64,000 nt of DNA. Origin: an uncultured Muriicola sp. (GTDB lineage Bacteria; Bacteroidota; Bacteroidia; Flavobacteriales; Flavobacteriaceae). The first letter of the stretch is position 1. Each line of letters begins with the position of its first letter. The stretch is taken from NCBI GenBank assembly GCA_947259855.1, contig CAMYNV010000008.1, positions 63,688 to 127,687 of the forward strand. Direction: 5' to 3'. Position numbers and translations under genes: made by a program. This document shows positions 54,805-64,000 of this stretch, in pieces. Below the pieces are notes generated by a model. It did no database searches, had not been told where the DNA came from, and saw nothing but the letters and a program-made list of their open reading frames with translations.

Positions 54805-57239
54805 GCTTTCATTTTCTTTTCTTTGGATTTCCATATTGAAAAGATACTTCCCCCGACCAAAATTAATAGCAAAAGAATTGAACTGGCCAGGGATATGGTG
54901 CTTCCTTGCTGAATGACCTTTGGTTCAAATTTAAATTCTACCGTATGCTCTCCGGCAGGTATCCGTAACGCACGCAGTCCATAGTTCACCCTGAAATACG
55001 GAACAGATTGACCATCTACAAACGCCTGCCATCCTTTGGGGTAATACAGCTCCGAAAATACCACTACGCCTTCGTGTGCATTGGTTGTCTTATACGTTAG
55101 CATGTTAGGCTGATAGTTCGTGAGCGATACTATCGATGTTGAATCTTTTTGGAACCTAAATTGAGTGATCAACGGAAAATCATTGGTATTTACCACCGCT
55201 TGATTTTTCAGATCCAGGCTATCCAGGGACGTAATTTCCTCATTGGCAGATCGTACTGGCAGCATTAATTCTACAAACCATGCATTTCCGTAAGCCTCCG
55301 GATTGATCGATGCAATACGTCTCCCCTCTTCATCTTGCTGTAATACATACTTCACATTTAACATATTCAGCACCTCCCTGTTATTTTCATAAATGTGAAA
55401 ATCGAACAGGTCCTGGATCATTGCCGGTTTCGCTGCGTGATAACCTCCGATAGATTTATGAAAATAAGACGTTCGGGCCCCGTTAAGACCTTCTGAAGTA
55501 TCATATACCCTGTAGATCCCGGTATCTTCCTTAATCTGTTTATCTACAGCAGTTTCCTGAAATGGTTCATTCATCGACCTTCTGCTGACAAAATCGTCCT
55601 TGTTCACATACCGCAAATTAATCCCTATAAGATCAAAGCAAATGAATACTCCTACAAGCACAATGAGTATGTTCTGCTTGAGTTTTCCTTTGAGAAATAA
55701 CCATAATGCTACCGCCGTTAAACTAACATACACAATTGACCTAAGGGTGTCATTGATGTATACTGCTTCCCGGTCTCTTTGGATCATTGCCATGAGCTCA
55801 TCCCCAAAATAACGCTGATAAGTGGCATCATTCAACGCTGTGAAATCAAATAATCCTTTTATTAAAAAAATTGAAATGCCTAAACCTAATACTATTAAAA
55901 ATGAAGCTTTTAGAGCATTTAATTTCAATGATTTATTTACCTTGATTTTCAACAAGTCTCTCAACGCTAAAATAGCCAGGATCGGCATGCATAGTTCCAG
56001 AATGATTTGTATGGAAGAAACTGCCCTGAATCTGTTGTAAAGCGGAAAGTAATCGATCATGAGATCCGTTAATATTCCAAAATTCTTACCCCATGATAAA
56101 ATCAGCGCCAGCAAGGTTCCGCCAAGAAGCCACCATTTGGCACTACCTTTTACCAGGAATATTCCAAGGATAAAAAGGAAAAATATAACTGCCCCAACGT
56201 AGGCCGGTGCGGCCACAATAGGTTGTTTACCCCAATATAATGGAAGTCCACTGGAAAATTCTAACGCTTTAGCCCTTGAAAGCCCCTGATCTGTTAGAAA
56301 TTCGTATGTTTTGGAGTCTTGTCCCAGGTCTTCATTATTAGAACCCCCGAAAAGGCGTGGCACAAAAAGATTAAGAGATTCTGCCAGCCCGTAGCTGTAT
56401 TGGGTTATATAGTCCTTATCCAGGCCCTCAAGCTGTTGCTTTGGTGTTCCGTCCGGATTTATGGTGAGTTCCGATTTCCCGCGTGTACTCCAGTCTGCAT
56501 ACTCTTTGGTAGCCATTATGGCGGTTGCATTCACCGAAACACCCAGGATCACAGCAAGTAAAAGCAATCCAACTGAGCTAAAATAATGCTTCAGTTTTCC
56601 CTTTTTAATGGCGTCAATTAGAAACACCACACCCAATACGAGCACCAACAGCATAAAGTAATAGGTCATTTGGTAGTGGTTCGCATTTACTTCGAGAGCC
56701 ATCGCCAAAGCTGTTAGGATAAAGCCCCAAAAATATTGCTTCCTGAACGTTAGGAGTATTCCGCCTAAAATCATTGGTAAATAGGCTATGGCATGCGCTT
56801 TTGCATTGTGTCCTACCCCTAAAATGATCACTAAATAGGTAGAAAATCCAAAGGCCAAAGCCCCTAAAACAGCTAGTTTGTAGTCTACTTTCATACAGCA
56901 AAGCAGCATATAAAAGCCAAGAAAATACAAGAACAAATAATCAGCAGGTCTCGGGAGAAACCTCAGGACCTTATCGAGTTTTTTTATATAATTATGGGGG
57001 TAGTTAGCTCCTAATTGGTAGGTTGGCATTCCGCCAAAGGCGCTATTGGTCCAGTAGGGTTCCTTTTCGTTTACGGCCCTGTAGTCGTTTTGCTCCTTGG
57101 CCATCCCCGTATATTGAATAATATCTGATTGACGTATTACTTTCCCCTGAAGTACGGGATGGAAATAGGCAAGTGCGGCTGCCACAAAGAATGCGAGTGC
57201 AAAAAAATGGATAAATGATGCTTTGATACTACCTTTCAT
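54801..57239 (-). CDS. YfhO-family polytopic membrane protein (GT-C-like glycosyltransferase)
   Basis: 812 aa. N-terminal FHPVLQGKVIRQSDIIQYTGMAKE, many TM helices, a large C-terminal extracytoplasmic domain and a final TM helix. Confidence 0.75.
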   Translation of the reverse strand: MKGSIKASFIHFFALAFFVAAALAYFHPVLQGKVIRQSDIIQYTGMAKEQNDYRAVNEKEPYWTNSAFGGMPTYQLGANYPHNYIKKLDKVLRFLPRPADYLFLYFLGFYMLLCCMKVDYKLAVLGALAFGFSTYLVIILGVGHNAKAHAIAYLPMILGGILLTFRKQYFWGFILTALAMALEVNANHYQMTYYFMLLVLVLGVVFLIDAIKKGKLKHYFSSVGLLLLAVILGVSVNATAIMATKEYADWSTRGKSELTINPDGTPKQQLEGLDKDYITQYSYGLAESLNLFVPRLFGGSNNEDLGQDSKTYEFLTDQGLSRAKALEFSSGLPLYWGKQPIVAAPAYVGAVIFFLFILGIFLVKGSAKWWLLGGTLLALILSWGKNFGILTDLMIDYFPLYNRFRAVSSIQIILELCMPILAILALRDLLKIKVNKSLKLNALKASFLIVLGLGISIFLIKGLFDFTALNDATYQRYFGDELMAMIQRDREAVYINDTLRSIVYVSLTAVALWLFLKGKLKQNILIVLVGVFICFDLIGINLRYVNKDDFVSRRSMNEPFQETAVDKQIKEDTGIYRVYDTSEGLNGARTSYFHKSIGGYHAAKPAMIQDLFDFHIYENNREVLNMLNVKYVLQQDEEGRRIASINPEAYGNAWFVELMLPVRSANEEITSLDSLDLKNQAVVNTNDFPLITQFRFQKDSTSIVSLTNYQPNMLTYKTTNAHEGVVVFSELYYPKGWQAFVDGQSVPYFRVNYGLRALRIPAGEHTVEFKFEPKVIQQGSTISLASSILLLLILVGGSIFSIWKSKEKKMKA

Positions 57240-57258
57240 ATGGAATTAGGGACTTTAA

Positions 57259-57522
57259 TTACTCGATTTCTTCAAAATCTATATACTCTCCCACATTATT
57301 TGAAGCATCCTTTTTTCTGGTTGTATTTTTATCTATCGTAATATCCCCTATCTCCTCATTCTGTTCCTGGGCATTCATATTCATATGGCCGAAAGCCTCT
57401 TTAAAATGTCTTTCTGTTCTCCTGGCTGCATAATTAAAGAGTTTAGGGGCGAACCATCTGGCTAATAGTTTTAGCAGGTAGTACACCAGAACTATAATTA
57501 AGAGTGTCTTTAAAAAACCCAT
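57259..57522 (-). CDS. Small membrane protein (DUF4834-like)
   Basis: 87 aa. MGFLKTLLIIVLVYYLLKLLARWFAPKLF, then an acidic tail ending YIDFEEIE. Confidence 0.5.
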   Translation of the reverse strand: MGFLKTLLIIVLVYYLLKLLARWFAPKLFNYAARRTERHFKEAFGHMNMNAQEQNEEIGDITIDKNTTRKKDASNNVGEYIDFEEIE

Positions 57523-57609
57523 ATTTTCTTTACTAATTATATCAAAAGTACAATTCCAACGTTGTATAAACAGTACAAATGTCTTAAAATATTAATAAAA
57601 TAGACCTTG

Positions 57610-58650
57610 ATGGAGGCATACTTTCAAATCAGAAATACAAAAATACATATTGCTTTTTTTCTTTTAATGCTCCCTTTAATAGGGTTTTCTCAGTATACGG
57701 AGGTTATCAATTCTAACAGGCCCGGTTTGTCTGTCAGTGCGTATGCCCTGGGAAAAGGGGTTATACAAATGGAAATGGGGATGTCGTATGAACAAAGAGA
57801 GCATCTTGATCTTTCCCGGGAATCTACCCTTATGGGTGGTGATTTATCCCTGCGTTATGGCCTGCTATTAGAAACCTTAGAGCTAAATTATGAAGGAAGC
57901 TATGTGAGCCAGGATATAACCTATACGGGGCTCGGAATTAATGAAACCCGGACCGATTTTTCAAGAAATAGGCTGGGGCTTAAATATCTTATTTATGACC
58001 CCTTTAAAAATCCAGAGAGAACTAAACCTAATTTATACAGCTGGAGGGCAAACAATAAATTTCAACTAAAAGATCTTGTTCCTGCCATTTCGGTTTATGC
58101 CGGGGCCAGTTTTGTATTAGGAGACAATCCTTTTTATCCGGAAGATCCAATAGTTTCTCCAAGGGCAATGATCGCAACTCAAAGCAGCGTTACCTCCAGG
58201 TTGGTTCTAATTACCAATATTATATACGACAAAATAGGAACCGACTTTCCCGAAATGGAATATCTGGTATCTTTATCACATGCTTTAAAAAATCCTAAGT
58301 GGAGTGTATTTGTTGAGAATCAAGGCATTAAAAGCGACCGCTATGCGGACATCCTTTTAAGAGGAGGTATTGCCCACCTATTTAGCAAAAACTTTCAAGC
58401 CGATATAAATTTTGGTGCCAGTTTTAAAAGCACGCCAAGCAGAATTTTTGGAACTCTTGGTTTTTCGTACCGCGTAGACCTTCACCAGGATACCATTAAA
58501 GCCATTGATGATCAAAAGGCCGGTCAGAATGGCGGCGGTCCTATTCGGAAAAATGCCATGAAGAAAAAAGATGATGAAACCTTGCCTGGGATCTCCAAGA
58601 AAAAAATGCGCAAACTACAAAAAAAGGCCAAGCGTAATAAACAGTTTTAA
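57610..58650 (+). CDS. Putative outer-membrane beta-barrel protein with Lys-rich C-terminal tail
   Basis: Signal-like IAFFLLMLPLIGFSQ, alternating beta-strand pattern. Tail KKKDDETLPGISKKKMRKLQKKAKRNKQF. ATG at 57610. Confidence 0.45.
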   Translation: MEAYFQIRNTKIHIAFFLLMLPLIGFSQYTEVINSNRPGLSVSAYALGKGVIQMEMGMSYEQREHLDLSRESTLMGGDLSLRYGLLLETLELNYEGSYVSQDITYTGLGINETRTDFSRNRLGLKYLIYDPFKNPERTKPNLYSWRANNKFQLKDLVPAISVYAGASFVLGDNPFYPEDPIVSPRAMIATQSSVTSRLVLITNIIYDKIGTDFPEMEYLVSLSHALKNPKWSVFVENQGIKSDRYADILLRGGIAHLFSKNFQADINFGASFKSTPSRIFGTLGFSYRVDLHQDTIKAIDDQKAGQNGGGPIRKNAMKKKDDETLPGISKKKMRKLQKKAKRNKQF

Positions 58651-58764
58651 GACACACCAGCAATTACTTATCACATACGGCTTCTCAATCCTTGATATAA
58701 ATTGATAAACAAGTTTTATACTGTTATCAATAATCCCTAATATTGACCATACAAATTACAACGT

Positions 58765-59889
58765 ATGGTATCCCTGAAACAAGCCACCAAGAAGGCCGAT
58801 CTTAAAAAATTTGTAAAATTCCCTTTTACCCTGTATAAGAATTCACCTTATTGGGTACCTCCATTGATAAACGATGAACTGGATACTTTTGATAAAACCA
58901 AAAATCCGGTATTTGAAAATTCAGATGCATGGTTCTACCTTGCCTATAAAGATGGGAAGTTAGTGGGCCGGGTGGTAGCCATCATCAACTGGATAGAGGT
59001 AAACCAACAAAAACTGAAAAAAATGCGGTTTGGCTGGTTCGATTTTATTGATGACCCGGAGGTATCCAGGGTTCTTTTGGACAAAGTAGCGGAAATTGGC
59101 AAAGAACATCAAATGGAATTTATTGAAGGTCCTGTCGGGTTTTCAAACCTCGACAAGGTTGGTGTTCTCGTGGAAGGGTTCGATCATATTGGAACTATGA
59201 TCACCTGGTACAATCATCCCTATTACAAAGTACATTACGAGCAACTGGGTTTTAAAAAGGAAAAGGAATACATGGAAAATAAGTTTCCAAACAGCAATGT
59301 AGATCCAAAATTGTTTATTAGAGTCCAAGCGTTGATAAAACAACGGTACAATCTTCGGGAAATCAACTTTAAAAAGACATCTGAAATTATGCCTTGGGCA
59401 GATAAAATGTTCGATCTTTTCAATGAGAGTTATGCCAGGTTATCATCTTTTGTCCCGATTACAGAAGTTCAAAAAGACTATTTCAAAAAGAAATATATTA
59501 GTTTTATCAATCCCGAGTATATAAAATTCATTGTGGATGGCTCGGATAAATTGATCGCTTTTGCGATAGTTATGCCTTCATTCTCTGAAGCAATGCAGAA
59601 GACAAAAGGAAAACTTTTCCCTTTTGGGATTTTTCATCTTCTTCGTGCCAAAAAACATAGTAAAGACGTTATTTTCTATTTAATAGGAATACATCCCGAA
59701 TATCAAAACAAGGGCGTTACATCCATCATTTTTAATGAGTACTACGAAACATTTAAGGAGAAGGGTATACTTAACTGCTACAGAACTCCTGAATTGGAGG
59801 AGAATGTTGCCATTCGGCAAATGTGGAAGCACTTTAATCCTGTAATCTATAAAAGGCGAAGGACGTACAAAAAGTTGATGCAATCCTAG
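58765..59889 (+). CDS. GNAT-like N-acyltransferase family protein
   Basis: 374 aa. C-terminal IGIHPEYQNKGVTSIIFNE resembles the acetyl-CoA-binding Q/R-x-x-G-x-G/A motif. Confidence 0.5.
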   Translation: MVSLKQATKKADLKKFVKFPFTLYKNSPYWVPPLINDELDTFDKTKNPVFENSDAWFYLAYKDGKLVGRVVAIINWIEVNQQKLKKMRFGWFDFIDDPEVSRVLLDKVAEIGKEHQMEFIEGPVGFSNLDKVGVLVEGFDHIGTMITWYNHPYYKVHYEQLGFKKEKEYMENKFPNSNVDPKLFIRVQALIKQRYNLREINFKKTSEIMPWADKMFDLFNESYARLSSFVPITEVQKDYFKKKYISFINPEYIKFIVDGSDKLIAFAIVMPSFSEAMQKTKGKLFPFGIFHLLRAKKHSKDVIFYLIGIHPEYQNKGVTSIIFNEYYETFKEKGILNCYRTPELEENVAIRQMWKHFNPVIYKRRRTYKKLMQS

Positions 59890-59915
59890 ACTAATAGAAA
59901 ATATTGTAATAAGTA

Positions 59916-61175
59916 TTATTCTCCCATGGCCGCAGCTACGGCAGCTGACAGTCTTTTGTAGGTGCCATTTTGAAGACGTTCGCGTATAGCTGAAAATGCT
60001 TCCAGAGTCTCGGAAATATCTTCCATTGTGTGCGTGGAGGTTGGAATCATTCTCAAGAGGATAAGTCCCTTTGGTATCACCGGATAGACCACAATAGAAC
60101 AAAAGATATGGTAGTTTTCCCGTAAATCCTTAACCAGGGCCATAGCCTCCGGAATACTACCGTTTAAGTAAACGGGAGTAACACAACTGGTCGTAGTCCC
60201 TATATCAAAGCCACGTTCTTTTAGGCCATCTTGCAATGCATTAACATTTTCCCAGAGTTTTGCCTTTAATTCTGGCATGGTCCTAAGCATATCCAAACGT
60301 TTCAACGCACCCTTGACGTAAATCATTGGCAACGATTTCGCAAACATTTGTGAGCGTAGATTATATTTTAAGTAGTCTATAATTTCTTTGTCTGCAGCTA
60401 AAAATGCGCCAATACCAGCCATAGATTTTGCAAAAGTGGCAAAATACACATCGATATCTTCCTGAACGCCTTGTTCTTCTCCAGCGCCCGCACCAGTTTT
60501 TCCGAGGGTTCCAAAACCATGCGCATCATCGACCAAAAATCTAAACTGAAATTTCTTCTTTAGTTCAACGATTTCCTTTAGTTTTCCTTGCTCACCACGC
60601 ATGCCAAATACCCCTTCAGAAATAACCAGAATGCCGCCTCCGGTCTGCTCGGCCATTTTGGTGGCACGTTCCAGATTCTTTTCAAGGCTTTCAATGTCGT
60701 TATGCTTAAAGGTAAAACGCTTACCCATATGCAAACGTACCCCATCTATAATACAGGCATGGGAATCCACATCATAAACGATAATATCGTCTTTTGAGAC
60801 CAAAGCATCAATTGCCGACATAATTCCCTGGTATCCAAAATTTAAAAGGTAGGAAGCTTCCTTGTTTACAAAGGTCGCCAGTTCTTTTTCCAATTGTTCG
60901 TGGTATTCAGTATGACCACTCATCATCCTGGCTCCCATGGGATATGCAGCCCCATGTTCCAGGGCGGCTTCACCATCTACCCTTTTTATTTCCGGTAGGT
61001 TGGCCAATCCCAGATAATCATTTATACTCCAGGTAATTACTTCCTTTCCCTGAAACTTCATCCTGTTAGAAATAGGACCTTCGAGTTTAGGAAATACAAA
61101 ATACCCTTCTGCTTGTGATGCCCACTTGCCTAAAGGGCCTTTATTCTCCGTAATTCTGTCAAATAAATCTCTCAT
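59916..61175 (-). CDS. Alpha-oxoamine synthase family PLP enzyme (Kbl/BioF/serine-palmitoyltransferase-like)
   Basis: 419 aa. DDAHGFGTLG and FATFAKSMAG (expected PLP-lysine context). N-terminal FPKLEG segment as in SPT-like members. Confidence 0.85.
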   Translation of the reverse strand: MRDLFDRITENKGPLGKWASQAEGYFVFPKLEGPISNRMKFQGKEVITWSINDYLGLANLPEIKRVDGEAALEHGAAYPMGARMMSGHTEYHEQLEKELATFVNKEASYLLNFGYQGIMSAIDALVSKDDIIVYDVDSHACIIDGVRLHMGKRFTFKHNDIESLEKNLERATKMAEQTGGGILVISEGVFGMRGEQGKLKEIVELKKKFQFRFLVDDAHGFGTLGKTGAGAGEEQGVQEDIDVYFATFAKSMAGIGAFLAADKEIIDYLKYNLRSQMFAKSLPMIYVKGALKRLDMLRTMPELKAKLWENVNALQDGLKERGFDIGTTTSCVTPVYLNGSIPEAMALVKDLRENYHIFCSIVVYPVIPKGLILLRMIPTSTHTMEDISETLEAFSAIRERLQNGTYKRLSAAVAAAMGE

Positions 61176-61243
61176 TTAACCGTGTTTGGTTTGATGCAAA
61201 ACTATGGATTTTTGCGCACGAATCATAAATTAATTTTAGGGAA

Positions 61244-61278
61244 CAAAAAAGGCAACGAAATTAAACCCCCGTTGCCTT
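61244..61278 (-). terminator. Rho-independent terminator after the CysK/CBS-like gene
   Basis: AAGGCAACG / CGTTGCCTT 9-bp stem, followed on the minus strand by TTTTTTG. Confidence 0.7.
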
Positions 61279-61298
61279 TAGATTATATTAAATATTGT

Positions 61299-62339
61299 TT
61301 ATCTAATGACTTCTATTTTTTGTTCTTCTACCACCTTTTGGGTATCCAGAAAACCTTGTGCTTCCATCCATTGATCACTATAGACTTTACTCATGTACCT
61401 GGAACCATGATCCGGAAAAATAACAACTACATTGCTATTTTCATTGAATTCTCCCGAGGCATCTAATTGTTTTACGGCCTGTATGGCTGCTCCACTGGTA
61501 TAGCCAACAAAAATACCTTCCGATCGGGATATTTCACGGGCCATATGAGCACTTTCTTCATCTGTGACCTTAATAAACTCATCTATTATGGCAAAATCAG
61601 TTGCATTTGGTATCAGGTTCTTACCCAGTCCTTCAATTCGGTATGGATACATTTCATTAGCATCTATTTTACCTGTTTCGTGATATTTTTTAATCACAGA
61701 CCCATATGCGTCAACGCCAATTACGCGTACATTAGGATTTTGTTCCTTTAGATAACGTGCCGCACCCGATATGGTACCTCCAGTTCCACTACAAGCGATC
61801 AAATGCGTGATCTGACCATTGGTCTGATTCCATATTTCAGGTCCGGTAGTTTTGTAATGGGCATCAATATTTAATTCGTTAAAATACTGATTGATATAAA
61901 TAGAGTCTTCCGTTTCTTCGTGCAGGCGTTTAGCCACTTCATAGTACGATCTAGGATCATCTGCACTTACATGTGCCGGACAAACGTATACTTTGGCGCC
62001 CATAGAGCGAAGCATATCTATTTTGTCCTTGGAAGATTTAGAACTTACTGCAAGAATACAATCATACCCTTTAACGATACTAACCATGGCTATGCTAAAG
62101 CCGGTATTACCGGAAGTTGTCTCAATGATCGTACTTCCTTTGGTTAAAATCCCTTTGCGCTCTGCTTCCTCAATAATATAAGCTGCTATTCTGTCCTTGG
62201 ACGAATGTCCCGGGTTAAATGCTTCGATCTTCGCATAAAAGTTTCCCTTTAAGTCTTCAGTAACCTTGTTCAACTTAACTAAAGGAGTATTACCAATAAG
62301 ATCGAGGATATTGTTGTATGCGTTTATTGTCTTGTTCAT
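61299..62339 (-). CDS. Fold-type II PLP enzyme of the cysteine synthase / cystathionine beta-synthase family
   Basis: 346 aa. NPGHSSKDR (PLP Lys), TSGNTG and SGTGGTISG loops. No CBS-pair domains. Confidence 0.85.
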   Translation of the reverse strand: MNKTINAYNNILDLIGNTPLVKLNKVTEDLKGNFYAKIEAFNPGHSSKDRIAAYIIEEAERKGILTKGSTIIETTSGNTGFSIAMVSIVKGYDCILAVSSKSSKDKIDMLRSMGAKVYVCPAHVSADDPRSYYEVAKRLHEETEDSIYINQYFNELNIDAHYKTTGPEIWNQTNGQITHLIACSGTGGTISGAARYLKEQNPNVRVIGVDAYGSVIKKYHETGKIDANEMYPYRIEGLGKNLIPNATDFAIIDEFIKVTDEESAHMAREISRSEGIFVGYTSGAAIQAVKQLDASGEFNENSNVVVIFPDHGSRYMSKVYSDQWMEAQGFLDTQKVVEEQKIEVIR

Positions 62340-62408
62340 ACGGTTTGGTTATTGATCCATGTACTGGGGTAAACATGATTCGAGGGCAAAAATAATACTT
62401 TTTTTTTA

Positions 62409-64000
62409 TTATCGGATTTTTCCTTCCAAATCCAACAAAAATGCATACTCTTTGGCCGTTTCCCGAAGGGCTTCAAAACGCCCAGATGCACCACCATGAC
62501 CCGCATCCATATTGGTATCTAAAAATAACAAGTTATCATCTGTTTTATATTCCCTCAGCTTAGCAACCCATTTAGCCGGCTCCCAATATTGTACCTGAGA
62601 GTCATGCAGCCCCGTGGTAACATACATATTTGGATACCCCTGGGCCTTCACATTGTCGTATGGTGAATAGGAAAGCATATAATCGTAATATTCCTTATCA
62701 TTCGGATTGCCCCATTCATCATATTCTCCGGTTGTTAGCGGAATAGTATCATCTAACATGGTCGTTATAACATCTACGAAAGGAACGGCCGCAATAACAC
62801 CATTATACAGTTCAGGAGCCATATTGACCACAGCACCCATAAGCAAACCGCCTGCAGACCCGCCCCATGCATAAAGATGCTCTGAGGACGTATAATTTTT
62901 TTCGATCAAAAATTTGGAACAATCAATAAAATCAGTAAAAGTATTTTTCTTGTTTAGTAGTTTTCCATCTTCGTACCAGGGCCTTCCCAGGTACTCACCT
63001 CCCCTGATGTGGGCAATGGCATAAACAAATCCCCGGTCCAAAAGGCTCAACCTCGTGGTAGAAAAGTAAGGGTCTATAGTAGCTCCATACGATCCGTAGG
63101 AATACTGGAGAAGTGGAGTTGCATTAGTGAGCTTTGTGTCTTTGTGGTACACTAATGAAATAGGTACCATAGCACCATCTCTGGCTGTTGCCCAAACACG
63201 TTCCGAGCGATAATTTTCTTTATTAAAAGTACCCCCCAGCACCTCCTGTTCTTTCATAATAACTTTTTCACGCGTCCTCATATTCAAATCGATTATAGAA
63301 TAGGGGGCCGTCATCGCATTATAGATAAACCTGAAGGTTTCCGTGTCATAATCCAAATTTACATAGGGATACGCTACGTAGGTCTCATTATCAAAGGGCA
63401 AATAATAGGAATCTGTCCCATCCCAGCGTGTGATCTTAATTTTGTTCAATCCATTATCCCGCTCGGCGATCACCAGATAATCTTTAAAAATCTCAATATC
63501 CTCCAAGAGAACATGATCCCTGTGGGCTATATTATCAACCCAATGATCAGAAGTGGTGGCATCTTCAGAGGTTTTCATTAATTTAAAATTAGTTGCACCA
63601 TCTTTATTCGTCAGGATATAAAAATCATTCCCAAAATGATGGATAGAATATTCCAAACCGCGTTCCCGGGAAGAGAAGATCTTAAAAGAACCATTTGGGT
63701 CATCTGCATTCAGGATACGGTATTCAGAGGTCAGGGTACTTACAGAGCCAATAATGATATATTTCTTCGATTTGGATTTAAATACATAAGAATTATAGGT
63801 TTCATCAGTTTCATGAAACACCAACTGGTCCTCATCCGATGAAGTGCCTAAAATATGTTTGTATATTTTATCTGAACGAAGTGTTACAGGATCTTTCTTA
63901 GTATAGAAGAGCGTTTTGTTGTCATTGGCCCAAACAGAGCCTCCAGTGGTATTATCGATCTTATCGGCATATAATTCCCCTGATTTGAGATTTTTGATCT
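62409..64000 (-). CDS. ptrB: S9-family serine peptidase, oligopeptidase B / prolyl oligopeptidase type, N-terminus beyond the window
   Basis: Catalytic GGSAGG and DAGHGG. The track start at 63824 is only a TTG. I translated the frame by hand and it stays open to base 64000 (...VWANDNKTLFYTKKDPVTLRSDKIYKHILGTSSDEDQLVFHETD...). Confidence 0.85.
   Translation of the reverse strand, partial: IKNLKSGELYADKIDNTTGGSVWANDNKTLFYTKKDPVTLRSDKIYKHILGTSSDEDQLVFHETDETYNSYVFKSKSKKYIIIGSVSTLTSEYRILNADDPNGSFKIFSSRERGLEYSIHHFGNDFYILTNKDGATNFKLMKTSEDATTSDHWVDNIAHRDHVLLEDIEIFKDYLVIAERDNGLNKIKITRWDGTDSYYLPFDNETYVAYPYVNLDYDTETFRFIYNAMTAPYSIIDLNMRTREKVIMKEQEVLGGTFNKENYRSERVWATARDGAMVPISLVYHKDTKLTNATPLLQYSYGSYGATIDPYFSTTRLSLLDRGFVYAIAHIRGGEYLGRPWYEDGKLLNKKNTFTDFIDCSKFLIEKNYTSSEHLYAWGGSAGGLLMGAVVNMAPELYNGVIAAVPFVDVITTMLDDTIPLTTGEYDEWGNPNDKEYYDYMLSYSPYDNVKAQGYPNMYVTTGLHDSQVQYWEPAKWVAKLREYKTDDNLLFLDTNMDAGHGGASGRFEALRETAKEYAFLLDLEGKIR

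Noticed and set aside
59680-61466. ORFs 59680..60102 (-), 60588..60797 (+) and 61182..61466 (+).
   Set aside because: They overlap the ends or interiors of the well-supported GNAT-like, alpha-oxoamine synthase and CysK-like genes in other frames, and have no motifs.
62409-63824. Treating the 471-aa ORF as a complete peptidase gene.
   Set aside because: The listed start is a TTG. Hand translation shows the frame continues open to base 64000 with typical oligopeptidase B beta-propeller sequence, so the gene is truncated by the window.
1-64000. Search for rRNA, tRNA, CRISPR arrays, IS elements, integrases, prophage or classical defence genes (restriction-modification, Cas, toxin-antitoxin, retron and similar).
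   Set aside because: All intergenic gaps are under 560 nt. None shows tRNA-like T-arm/acceptor features, regularly spaced direct repeats, or terminal inverted repeats flanking a transposase-like ORF. Every long ORF is accounted for by housekeeping or envelope functions. A systematic scan (tRNAscan-SE, Infernal, CRISPR finder, ISfinder) is still advisable.

Overview
This window reads as a low-GC Bacteroidota chromosome, probably Flavobacteriia. The evidence is a CarboxypepD_reg-type TonB-dependent receptor, BatA-like, TIGR02757, YfhO and DUF4834-like genes, and many lipoproteins with an SC/AC lipobox. It is densely packed with about 65 protein genes, mostly core housekeeping: tsaE, ald, proline dehydrogenase, aroB, topoisomerase IV parE-parC, ychF, serC-serA, folE, a lolD-like ATPase, bcp, an nth-like glycosylase, uvrA and oligopeptidase B (cut by the window end). 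I found no rRNA, tRNA, CRISPR array, transposase, integrase or recognisable defence island. Product names come from reading motifs in the supplied translations; no database search was run.

The best candidate for something undescribed is a tandemly duplicated two-gene unit at 45.6-47.5 kb. Each copy has an ECF-type sigma factor followed, exactly 68 nt after its stop, by a 47-codon ORF that the >=60-aa ORF track misses. The two peptides are paralogous, and each unit ends in its own terminator.

Other points worth a second look:
- A roughly 200-aa membrane module occurs three times around tsaE (0.3-3.1 kb), twice fused in one very AT-rich gene.
- A secreted Tyr/Asn-rich protein carries a 184-residue polycationic Arg/Ser/Thr tail (50.7-51.9 kb).
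- A translationally coupled DUF4834-YfhO-GT4-flippase operon (52.1-57.5 kb).
- A serine-palmitoyltransferase-like alpha-oxoamine synthase sits next to a CysK/CBS-fold enzyme, a possible sulfonolipid link.
- An endonuclease III homolog contains no cysteine at all.
- A lolD-CPBP-TIGR02757 trio has overlapping stop and start codons.
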